Shown here piece by piece: positions 20,602 to 30,803 of a stretch of 43,938 nucleotides of DNA. This stretch comes from Craspedostauros australis (taxonomy: Eukaryota): contig JALAGF010004238.1 in the NCBI GenBank assembly GCA_030167865.1, positions 1-43,938 on the forward strand. Direction: 5' to 3'. The position numbers and the translations under genes were made by a program. The notes under the pieces were generated by a model. That model ran no database searches and had not been told where the DNA came from. It worked only from the letters and a program-made list of their open reading frames with translations. Within the stretch, counting starts at the first letter, position 1; each line of letters begins with the position of its first letter.

Positions 20602-22384
20602 TTAAAGGGAGCTTGGCTTCAATGACATCACACCCTCCCACGAAGCTCCTCCGTCCAAGGTCACTGGGTCGAACTGTAGGCACGGATGCATTGTGATGAA
20701 TAAAGAGATCAAGGCATGTGAGATGAGGGGATGAGCACAAGTCAACGCAAAGTTCTGCCAACAATGTTGATGAACTTCCACGACGCCCATCGCAACAAAC
20801 CAAATCAACATGGCTCAATTCCACCCGAAGCGCATCAATCTCAACTTACCTTCACACTCTCGACGCAGACGAAGTTGTTGTATCCCATGCCCTCGTCGCC
20901 GTATGGGTTCCAGATCACGGTGTCCTCCCATCCGGCGCTGTTCACGACGGCGAGCTGCGCAAGTCGTTGCGAAGGTTGTTACGAAGGTCATTGCGATGGA
21001 TCGTGTGGTGTTGGAAGTTCAGTTGAGTGGATCAGGTCGTGTGGAGTAGAGTATTCCATTTGGAAACACCAGTTTGCATTATTCCCAGCAAATAGAAAAC
21101 AACAAAACGATTGAAGGTGAGAGACGGTAGGTACAAAGTCATTCAGTCATTCATCCTTTCCAGTCACAACTTGCAAACACTCCACTTACTGCCTTGCCGG
21201 TGCCGGCATCATTGAGCACAGGATCGTTGACGCCCATGTACACGCGGTCGTATTCTTCCGAGATGGTGATGGCGCTGCGATCCTCCGTCTGCGTCTCATC
21301 GGCGACCTTGTTCAAGAACTCCTTGCCCTCAAAGCTGCCCGTGATCTCGAGCTTGTCCAATGCCGACACGGTGAAGTAGGAATGCAAAGCGGCCTGGAAA
21401 TCGAAGGACTCCTCGGCCTGCTTGTTTTCGACCAGCATCTGGGTCTTCAATTCGTCGGATTCCAAAGTCACGGTGAAGGTGCAGACGAAGTCCTTGTCCC
21501 ACATCTCCTTGGTGTAGTCGTTGGGGACCAATTCCAAGGCGACCGAAGTCTCGGACATGGACTTGACGGTCCACTCCACGTTGCGGGCGAAGCCGTGCTG
21601 TTGGATCTCGCCAGGTCCGAACTGGATTTATCACATGCGAGTTGAATTGTATTGGGTGGGCATCATCGTCATTTTGCATGTTGCGAGACGTGCAGAAAGT
21701 GGATGGCATGAGCATGAGTGAGAGGCATGTTCTCCAATTGCGAGAGGACAGAGGCAGATTGAAGCACTGCACTAATACTCACATGGCAAACAGCAGAGGG
21801 AGTAACCGGGCATCGGGCTTTGTCACCATTCCATCCAATGGTGCGAAAACGAGTCATCCATTTTCCACAACACCATGCACCGCTCTGTTCCATTTCACCC
21901 CACTCAATGCTACAAGCAGCAAAAAAAGTTGCTCGCAATTCATAGATTAACACAGAACCCCAGAGCATCATCAGCGCCGACTCACTTGCGGCCAACAGTG
22001 GGAAAGTCCACCCGAAATTGGCTTTGATCCGTCGGTCTTGGCATCGGGACGCACGGCGATGTATTCGACACCGTCAGCGACGTAGGATGTGACGACGCCA
22101 CCGAACAGGAAGATATCGGAGGTGGCATCACCGTTGACGAGCTTGACATATTCCAATCCATGCTCGTTGGTCATGAGGCCGGAGGCAGCGTCGGCGGCTG
22201 GGGCATCGGAATCACCGAATCCGCGCTTCGCGTTCCACTTGGTGCGCGAGGAGACCTTGTCGCGTGCGCGGCTGGCATCGAGGGCCGTGGTGGAGCGGGC
22301 GACGCCGGATGGGGTCTGAACGGTGAAGGCCGAGGTGGAGGCCACCATGGAGGTGGCGAGGAAGGAGATCAGGGAGAGCTTCAT
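20602..22384 (-). CDS. Plastid-targeted aldose-1-epimerase / glucose-6-phosphate 1-epimerase family protein; exons 22384-21986, 21621-21190, 20954-20850, 20673-20602
   Basis: Three phase-0 GT-AG introns give KPISGGLSHCWPQ|FGPGEIQQHGFARN, FQAALHSYF, EEYDRVY and DTVIWNPY...NNFVCVESVK|FDPVTL. The bipartite presequence is MKLSLISFLATSMVASTSA-FTVQ. Confidence 0.9.
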
Positions 22385-22983
22385 GATGGATTGGTCTGGT
22401 GTTGTTTTGGATCCGAGTGTTGGAGTGACTTTTTGTGAATCGTTGCTGGTTGTTGGATTGTTGGGTGATGTCGATGGCTACGGACACCATGCGCTCTTGC
22501 TCATGTGGCTCTTTCCATCTTCGTTCGCTTCGTCTCTGGATGCGTTGATTTCCACATGTGTTCGTGTGTGATGTGTTGGTGTGGCGAAGAGGTGTCACAA
22601 AGCAACACACGATGCCATTTTGATTGGTGCGTACGCACGACAATTTGTGAGGATCTGAGAATCTTCGGAATCTTTTGTTCGTGATTTGTTTCGTGTTCGT
22701 GAATGCACGAGAGAATTGGGTCGATGGAATCGAATAGATCAAACCAAGTCCCACAACCACTTTCGCACCACGACACAACAGAACACGACCAAAAACCACA
22801 CAAGAAGACAAGAGAAACAACGCGCCGTTTGCGAAACGCTTCAGCGATCTCACGAACCCAACCTGCATCTCTCTTGTTTCATCACTTCGTCATCGTTGCT
22901 TCACATTGAACAGTATCCTCAAACCATACGCCATACATCCAGCAACAAGAGCATTATCAAGAGCAGCAGTATTCATTTCGCAC

Positions 22984-23010
22984 CGTATCGTATCGTATCG
23001 TATCGTATCG
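22984..23010 (+). repeat. (CGTAT)5 microsatellite in the 5' region of the TMEM128-like gene
   Basis: The sequence cgtatcgtatcgtatcgtatcgtatcg is directly visible. Confidence 0.85.
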
Positions 23011-23047
23011 CGCTAGCACAATCCACAGCAGCACAGCGATAAGCAAG

Positions 23048-23940
23048 ATGACAGACGTCGAATCCACACAAGAAACAGCAACGACGAGACCGAACCAGGT
23101 CAACAATCCATACGCGTCCGGCATTCGAGTCAATTCCACCTACAGCCCGGTCAATGTCTTCAAACGATTCGCATACATGGGGATCTGCGCGTACGGGCTG
23201 CATCATTTCCGAGTCTATGACGCCGTCATGAAATCCGTCGACGTACACCATGGGTGGTTCAAGTTTGGTCTCGCAGTGACATCGGGTACGTGGTTGCGAG
23301 GGAAAGTGAGAGCAAGTACTATGCTCTGTTCTATTATACTATACTCTATTCTGCGATGGAAGATACATCTTTGCGATGGATACATCGTTATCGCAACATC
23401 ACAATAGAGGTGAAGTGTTGGAACACTTTCAGTTCGCCGAGACATGAGAATCTTAGTGGACATTGAAACAGAGTCAACAAGCCAACCCTCACGATAACAT
23501 TGCCTTTGCGCTTGACCTTGCTCTTGGGATGCCTCGCAATATCTGCACCTTTCGCACTTTTTCTATTCTCTGCTTTGCTATCTTAATTCCCTTGGACTTT
23601 GCTCTATTGCATCCATACTCGACGATGACACACATACTTGTACGCACACGCAGTGCTACTCCTCGTGAAAGCCTACGTCGAGCTGTACGCCGGCAAGATG
23701 AAGAAGCAAACGGTGGAATACAAGAACTTCAGAAACAGCACCCACGCAGTGATGATATTGATACTGATATCGTCCATTGCCTTCAATGTCGCGCTGTGGC
23801 CGAAGTATGGATCCACATCCCTGCTGATCATGACGTTGGTGGGAGTTGGTCTAGTCAATTTCTGCATGCTCATGCCGACGGAGGTTCAAAACTTGGCGGC
23901 CTTCGTTTTGTTCACCTTCTTTCTTCAAGAATACCAATAA
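23048..23940 (+). CDS. TMEM128-like small polytopic membrane protein; exons 23048-23285 and 23654-23940
   Basis: A phase-1 intron (GTACGT...CGCAG) joins LAVTS to VLLLVKAYVELY, giving 174 aa. SSIAFNVALWPKYG resembles the TMEM128 motif 'FNIALW'. Confidence 0.75.
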
Positions 23941-24272
23941 AAGCGGAACAGGTATGATGCTACGGAGACGATGCAGTGGTGGCAAAGTCGGCTTGCCAAG
24001 CAGCACCACAATGCACATGATGAACGCGGAACAGCAACGTCCAGTTGAAAGGTGTGATTTGTGATGATAGAAAATGAACTACCCTATTCAATTTACATCA
24101 GGATTTTAGATCTATTCATTTATTCGTTCGTCTGCTGATTCGTTTGTTGATCCGCTTCTTGAAAGGTTCGTCAATGATCCTTGTCATTGGCATCGTGAGA
24201 CGGTACGGATACCTTCGGTGAAGTCGTCTCTCGCTTTCGCCGTTTGCTTGTTCTGGTCGTGAGGATCTCTGT

Positions 24273-24569
24273 TTACTCGGTCTTCTCCTCTTCCTTGGCT
24301 GGCTCCTCGGTTTCTTCCTCCGCAGCAGCATCCTCAGTCTCTTCGTCCTCCTCGGTGGCCTCAGCTTCTTCCTCGTCAGCGGCATCGGAAGACTTCTCAT
24401 CGCCGAATCCACGCTTTTCGTTCCACTTTGTTCTGGAGGCGACCTTGTCACGCGCTCGGCTGGCATCCAGAGAGGTCGTCATGCGGGATGGCTGACCGAC
24501 AATGGAGAATGCCGATGCCATGGCGACGATGGTGGCGAGGACGGCAAGGATGGTGATAGACTTCATCAT
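24273..24569 (-). CDS. Small plastid-targeted protein (98 aa): conserved basic motif plus acidic tail
   Basis: The signal peptide ends in the canonical ASA-F site. The motif TTSLDASRARDKVASRTKWNEKRGFGD is shared with the epimerase, and the tail is Glu-rich. Confidence 0.8.
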   Translation of the reverse strand: MMKSITILAVLATIVAMASAFSIVGQPSRMTTSLDASRARDKVASRTKWNEKRGFGDEKSSDAADEEEAEATEEDEETEDAAAEEETEEPAKEEEKTE

Positions 24570-25103
24570 GGTGGTTGTATTTGTAATGTTCTGTGGACCT
24601 GTGAGCAGAGCTGAGTTTGTGTGGTAGGAGTTGTGTGTTGTACGACTATTGAATGCTTGTTGGCGTGTGTGCGTGATGGGTTAATGTTGATGTTGGTGAA
24701 GATGAATGCGTTTTGATGGCTGACGACGAAGAGAGGAGAGGTGAGTGAAAGAAGTGTGTGGTTTTTGAATGGTTGGGTGATGGCCTTCTTTTTGGGGGTG
24801 TTCTTGCTGGACACGTTGTCGCAGCCAAAGAGGGGCAGGAATGCAGGAGTTGGGGGAAAAGATGATCACCCCTAAATATTGTAAAGTTGGTGGACTTGTC
24901 TACTCGTACCTACGCAGAGAGGCAGAGAGAAAAGGAGCGAGGTGGAGGACGCTGCTGATACGACCTACTCCATCATTCTTTACTCTCTGGGAGGAAGGAA
25001 GATCACAGCATTATAAAGCCCAATGATACAGTATGTTGTGTGATACTCTCCTGTGTAAGTATTCCCTGCAATGCACCAGCAATACCCTGCGCCGCTGAAA
25101 GTC

Positions 25104-26285
25104 TCATGACAGGTACATGTTGATCGAAGGCTTATCCCGCCACAGACCCATCTTTTTGGCACGTTCCGGTTTGGAACAGTTGAGATGCTCGCAGTGATTG
25201 TTGTGCAGCACGACGACGTCCTTGCTCAGAGTGTGTTCATTTATATTCTCTTCCCCAATCCCTTTGAACATTGTGCCCACGGGGAACAGGGAATCGTCGA
25301 GGAGTTTGTGCCTGATGGCGTCGCCCATCTTGCGCACGACGTGATTGAATGCAAGCTGGTTGTAATTGGCGTGTGGTCGTCCCTCGATGTAGGATCGCCA
25401 CCGTCGGATGCAGCTGATGGAAGCAGGAGTCGGTCGCATGACGATGAGACCGGAATTGTACGGCCCCGTTGTTTCCGTCTTAGCATCGGCGGCCCAGAAA
25501 TCGTAGTCGCCGCGCATGTACGGGCGCGGGTCCTTTAAAATGATAGTGTCCAAATCGATGAACACGAGCCGAAAGGAATTCACATCGAACGATCCGATCT
25601 CGTTGGCGATGACGTCTGGATCCAGCGCTCCCGTCATGGCCGCGCCCGTGACGCTCTCGAGCTCGTTGATCAGGATGGAAGGGCGGCGGCTCACCATGTG
25701 CTGGAAGCGTTTCCGGTCAGAGTAATCGAATCGTCCAAAGCCCGTGACCCCAGTGTTGTTGTATTTGGAGCCAACGTCCCAGGCCTTCTTGACGTCGATC
25801 AATTTGGAAGGCACGAACTTTTCGTACATGACTTCATCTTCTGCATAGAGGACGACGTTGGCGTACCGCATCGGCGGACACCCGTCGTTGCTATTTGCGC
25901 TGCGTGGTGCGTGCTGTTCTCGCTGCTCGGGCGTCGCAGGGCACATACCCACCTCCACGCAGTGGATGTACCAATTCAGAAAATCCTCTTCGTAGCCATT
26001 GTTCCCGGACACCACAATCCGCCACTGGACGTCGGGGTCGATGCATGGGCCATCCAACGGATAACGTTGTCGGTGTTGCTGCTGCTGTTGTTGTTGATGA
26101 GGAGTCGTCTCTTCAGGAGCATGACCCGCGATCGCGATCGCATCCGTAGGTGGTAGCACCAGGGTGCTCGAAATGTACATTGTGAACAACGCGCAGCATT
26201 GTAAGACGCCGATGATCACCAGCAGCTGTCGTCTGCATGTGCATACAACTCGGCTTGGTGCTTTCTTGCCAAGTTGTCTTCTCAT
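25104..26285 (-). CDS. Nucleotide-diphospho-sugar transferase (GT77-like, GT-A fold), type II membrane protein
   Basis: An N-terminal TM is followed by the DxD motif VFIDLDTIILKDP, YNSGLIVMR, NQLAFN, LFPVG and VVLHNN. Confidence 0.82.
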   Translation of the reverse strand: MRRQLGKKAPSRVVCTCRRQLLVIIGVLQCCALFTMYISSTLVLPPTDAIAIAGHAPEETTPHQQQQQQQHRQRYPLDGPCIDPDVQWRIVVSGNNGYEEDFLNWYIHCVEVGMCPATPEQREQHAPRSANSNDGCPPMRYANVVLYAEDEVMYEKFVPSKLIDVKKAWDVGSKYNNTGVTGFGRFDYSDRKRFQHMVSRRPSILINELESVTGAAMTGALDPDVIANEIGSFDVNSFRLVFIDLDTIILKDPRPYMRGDYDFWAADAKTETTGPYNSGLIVMRPTPASISCIRRWRSYIEGRPHANYNQLAFNHVVRKMGDAIRHKLLDDSLFPVGTMFKGIGEENINEHTLSKDVVVLHNNHCEHLNCSKPERAKKMGLWRDKPSINMYLS

Positions 26286-26995
26286 GGTGCCTCCGATCTG
26301 ATACTTGTGCTACTGAGCATTCAGTTCGCTGCCCGATACGGGGTTCCTCTTCAGGTGCGAGAGAATGCGTGCGGTATCCGGTGCGGTATCCTCCTCTCTT
26401 GGTCTCATTTGTGCGCGGCATGGCACATGCACGTGTTGTTGCGGCCGCTGCCAACCCTTGCCGAAAATGGTTGTGTCATTGTTGCGGTCACCCCCACAAA
26501 CGAGCGACTCCCATTGGCCAAAATGACAATAGTTTTCAATCGTGTATAATGGCCGCGCCAGTTTTCTCAACGGTCGTTTTGGGCTGAGTGAACCTCATGT
26601 GACACGTTTCGGTTGACATTGAAATATTCCACGTGTCAGTATATAATTGGTAGATCAGCCTTGATAAATCGTGCACGACTGATCCATGCTTCTCGATTTG
26701 TTCGCCGCAACCACCAACACAAAATCTCCCAAACTCACCAGAAACAGAACCAAAACAGGGCATCACACAGCAAACCACGATGCGGAAGGAAGAGGAGGAT
26801 CTTTGCGCGTGTGCGCAACAACCCACACGAGGCAATGCGCTTCGATCGCCACGGCTACGACTACAGACACAGTTGCGACAAGAGGAGCCTTTCTGATCTA
26901 TCATCCGTACCCCGCAAGCATTCGTACTCGTCGCTCGTTGTTATCCTTCGGGTGCTCTGTGGCCATTCACCAGCACAATCCATGTCATACCGATC

Positions 26996-28741
26996 ATGTC
27001 AGGCTGCAGAAGTTCATTGGAGACAGAAGGGCGCACACCAACCAGCAACAACAACAACAACAACAACATCATCATCCCATTTGTGAAGAAAGCGACGGTC
27101 ACCATCACTACCATCGTCTGCATGATTCTCAGGCCATCTGCTTCGTTCGCAGTAATCCGGCGATCCGCCTTGCATCCGTGCCATTCCTGCTCGTATCACG
27201 CTGCAGCTACCACAGCAACCAGATACCCCGCCATCCTTCCAGCACAGCCATATCCTCCACATCTGTGGCATTCGACCACAGCTAGATCCATGACAATCTC
27301 ACCTGAAACCATCACCAACGACAACACCATCAGCACGACCAGCATGTCCACATCAACAAACGCCACAACCGCAAGCGACAGCCAACCTTCGCTACCACAA
27401 AACCTCGTCGTCGTCATCGCCGGTTGCACTGGTGTTGGCAAATCCGACGTGGCCGCCACGCTGTGTCGAGACCACAACGGTATGATCGTTTCTGCCGACT
27501 CCGTCCAAGCCTACAAGGGTGTTGAGATTGGTGCCAACAAACCGACGCCCGAAGAACGCAAGATCACGCCGCACATCCTCATCGATGTTGCCGACCACAC
27601 TGAGAATTACAACGCCGCCGAGTGGCGACAAGATTCCATCATGGCAATCGAAGCATTGTCCGGGATTGCAGCAGCGCAAGAAAATGATGACGACAATCCA
27701 CGGCGATCTCAACTTTCCGAAACCATCCAGCAGTTCCGGCAACAGCAGAATTGGACGACGCAAGAACCGTTGTTGCCTGTCGTATGCGGTGGCACCATGA
27801 TGTATTTGCAGTGGTTGGTGCATGGACGACCGGATGCCATGAAACCAACCGATTCGGCGGTTGCCAAAGCGACGTCATTCATCGAACAGTGTCAGCAGGA
27901 AAAGGACTACGCCAAGGCGACGGCGCATGTATCGAGTCTGGGAGATGTCTTTGCCGAACGTGTCAGCATTCTGTGCGGAGAAGATTGGTATCGATTACGT
28001 CGTATCTTGGAAGTTGCGTACACGGCCATGGAAGGTGATACAAACGACAAGGAGAAGCAAGAAGAGATGTTCCGCAAACTTTACACCGGGATCCGTCAAG
28101 GCGGATTGGATACGCTGGGCTACGACGTGCGCTGCTTCTTCTTGTGCCCAGACGATCGCATGAACCACACTCGTGTCGTCGATCAACGATGCGAGCAAAT
28201 GCTGATGCGCGGATTGGTCAAAGAGACTGCCGATCTGCAACTGAATGGCATCTTCCCCGAAATGGCCACGAAGGCCATTGGATATCGACAAACATTGGAT
28301 TACTTGAATCGCGACGACACGAGCAACGACGAGGCCGCGGCCTTCGATGCCTACATCGACGATTTCACGACGGCGACGCGACGGTATGCCAAGAAACAGA
28401 TGGCGTGGTTTCGCAAGGACAAGGATTTCTGCTTCGTCCCCGTGCCGTTGTTGCAGTCCAAGACCGATCGCGTCGCGGTGACGGCGCAAGAAGTCATGCG
28501 GTTGATTGCGATGTCAAGGGACGACTACGAGGCAGAGCTGTCATCACCAAAATCTCAATCGGCGCAAACCAAAAAACGAAATGAAGCGCAAGGCAAGACA
28601 ATGAAGTTTTACAAATTTCAACGGCATCTTTTGACAAAGGGTAGTGCTGAATTGGAACGCGCGCTTCAGGAGGCCATCGAATGCTCGAATCGGATGAGAT
28701 CGAAGCGGAAGAAGTTGGATGGCGTGGCCGAAAGTAACTGA
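26996..28741 (+). CDS. miaA: tRNA dimethylallyltransferase (IPP transferase), probably organelle-targeted
   Basis: P-loop VIAGCTGVGKS, IVSADSVQAYKG..IGANKP, VVCGGTMMYL, YRLRRILEV, KAIGYRQ and TRRYAKKQMAWFR. The N-terminal extension has a hydrophobic stretch followed by SASF. The exact start is uncertain. Confidence 0.93.
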   Translation: MSGCRSSLETEGRTPTSNNNNNNNIIIPFVKKATVTITTIVCMILRPSASFAVIRRSALHPCHSCSYHAAATTATRYPAILPAQPYPPHLWHSTTARSMTISPETITNDNTISTTSMSTSTNATTASDSQPSLPQNLVVVIAGCTGVGKSDVAATLCRDHNGMIVSADSVQAYKGVEIGANKPTPEERKITPHILIDVADHTENYNAAEWRQDSIMAIEALSGIAAAQENDDDNPRRSQLSETIQQFRQQQNWTTQEPLLPVVCGGTMMYLQWLVHGRPDAMKPTDSAVAKATSFIEQCQQEKDYAKATAHVSSLGDVFAERVSILCGEDWYRLRRILEVAYTAMEGDTNDKEKQEEMFRKLYTGIRQGGLDTLGYDVRCFFLCPDDRMNHTRVVDQRCEQMLMRGLVKETADLQLNGIFPEMATKAIGYRQTLDYLNRDDTSNDEAAAFDAYIDDFTTATRRYAKKQMAWFRKDKDFCFVPVPLLQSKTDRVAVTAQEVMRLIAMSRDDYEAELSSPKSQSAQTKKRNEAQGKTMKFYKFQRHLLTKGSAELERALQEAIECSNRMRSKRKKLDGVAESN

Positions 28742-29182
28742 TTGCACCGATATTGAATCGATTGTGGGTGCAGGCCCTGGAATGCAATGTCGCATGCTGC
28801 AATGCTTTCACTACGGTAAGCGGTGTGCTTTCAACACATAGTGCCGGAGTAGATACTCTGGAGAGTTCGTGATCGTGATGAGACCCTTGATGCGATGGTG
28901 CAGCATGATGTTGCGTTGGATGGGAGCCGCGAGTAGAGGCAGGTAGCGTGCGTACCATCCACGACTGAAACATGACTGGAAGAATGCACACGTCACAACG
29001 CGCCAAACCGAGACGATCCTCTCCGTCCACAGCGTTTTCGCTCTCGTCTCTTTCCGTGCCAAATGCAATACAGATGTGCACAAGTACGGAGACCCACAGA
29101 TTGTGACCTTACGTACACCAACAAACGACGGAGACTGTGATAGCAAGATAGATTGATGACAGAAGTATCCAGATCTGCCAAC

Positions 29183-30415
29183 ATGGTCCTCTTCTCGATG
29201 TTCACAACGATGTGGATGCTTCTATTGTTGTCGTTGGATGCCGTCACATCCTTCACACTCGGCCCATTCACCCCATCAATGCTATCCACGCCAACCATCA
29301 CGCGCACCGCACTGCATTCATCGTCAATACCAAACAGTGACAATGACAACAGCGATGATAATGATGACACGCCACCATCGAACCTGGACTCCATGCGTTC
29401 CATGTTGGAATCATCCTGGACCGCCAAATCGATGGGCCAAGTTGCCTCCGACCCACAGGCGGCCGCCGAAGAAGCTGCCATGGCCATTCAGAATGCTTCG
29501 AATGACGGCAAGAACTTGTCGCTGGTGCATCTGGCCTTGCCTGCTTACGATATCACACAAGGCGAGAACTTGTACGATGCCGTTGTGGCGGTGGAATTCT
29601 GCGCAGCCGTCGCGGAAGAATTGGAGTCGCAATCGTTAATTTTGGTGCGCGATGCGGAGACTGTCAAGTTGGTGTCAAGCGTGTTTGCACGGAAAGCAGG
29701 GGAGAGTGGTGTTGGTGTTGGAGATAAAGTACAAGCACAAGCACAATCACAATCACAAGACAAAGAAGATGACAAGCCAGAGAGCAATGAAGACGTCGTC
29801 TCGGATGCATCTGAAACGGATGCATTCCGAAAGCAGCTGATGGCAGGATGGAACACAGATGGCGGTGACGCCAGTGACGGCAACAAAGCTGTACCTGCAC
29901 CTACTCCGACCGATTCCGGCTACCGTCTCGCCAGTCTCTTCGGAAAAAAGTCCATCACCCAGGGCCCCAACATGATCCAAGACATCCTGCAGGCCGTCCA
30001 ATCCAACGCCTTGCCCCAATCGGACGAAGAGACCATCATCGTGCTGTGTGCTGTCACGCGGGAAGAGATGGTCGCCATCCGCAGCCTTGTTGGCAAGTAC
30101 GCCAACGCCCGTAGATTCGTGCTCGTCAATTGCTTCTTGGATCCATTGCCCAAGGAACTGCTGAAGGCCGAAACGGTGTACTCCATAATGCCATTGATGG
30201 CGCAGGCGACGGATCGCAACGTCTTCAAGAACTCCGAAGAGACGCCGCCCAAGATCGTGGTGCTGCGAAGGTATCCACGCGATTGGGAGGTGCATGTGGA
30301 CATTGGGAATGGATTTGAATTGGCCGATCAGCGCGTGGCGGGTGGTGCGGCGATGGGGCCACCGATGGAATGGGTCGTAGGTGTCGTCAAACGACATTTG
30401 CAGTTGAATGCTTGA
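29183..30415 (+). CDS. Plastid-targeted DUF1995-like protein
   Basis: Signal peptide ending VTS-F, then an S/T-rich transit region. RFVLVNC, ETVYSIMPL and VVLRRYPRDWEVHVD resemble the DUF1995 C-terminus. Confidence 0.7.
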   Translation: MVLFSMFTTMWMLLLLSLDAVTSFTLGPFTPSMLSTPTITRTALHSSSIPNSDNDNSDDNDDTPPSNLDSMRSMLESSWTAKSMGQVASDPQAAAEEAAMAIQNASNDGKNLSLVHLALPAYDITQGENLYDAVVAVEFCAAVAEELESQSLILVRDAETVKLVSSVFARKAGESGVGVGDKVQAQAQSQSQDKEDDKPESNEDVVSDASETDAFRKQLMAGWNTDGGDASDGNKAVPAPTPTDSGYRLASLFGKKSITQGPNMIQDILQAVQSNALPQSDEETIIVLCAVTREEMVAIRSLVGKYANARRFVLVNCFLDPLPKELLKAETVYSIMPLMAQATDRNVFKNSEETPPKIVVLRRYPRDWEVHVDIGNGFELADQRVAGGAAMGPPMEWVVGVVKRHLQLNA

Positions 30416-30803
30416 TACAAACATGTTTGTGTCGGCACCATTCTTGCACTTGTGTGTTTGACAAGTATGATAGTTGTTGCATGTGACAGTGCTCGTACAT
30501 TCCACAAAACCATCAAGTCAGACATGCAACATTCGACTCAAAGCTTCTAACAAACACAGATACCATCCAAGCTGACCAAAGAAGTCGCACCAAACCAAAC
30601 CTGCAACTTCCATGAACAATGCTCTGGCATGGTTGCGTCCTCATTGATTCTTGCATTGAGGCTGTTACTTATATTCATTGTATGACTTAGAGTAGATATC
30701 ATTACTCCGAGTAGTCCGAGTACCATGTAGTCCGTCGAGTACGTTTGTCCATTGTCTGCTGGAGCATGCGCCATGACGACGACAGCGACGACGGTGCCAT
30801 CCC

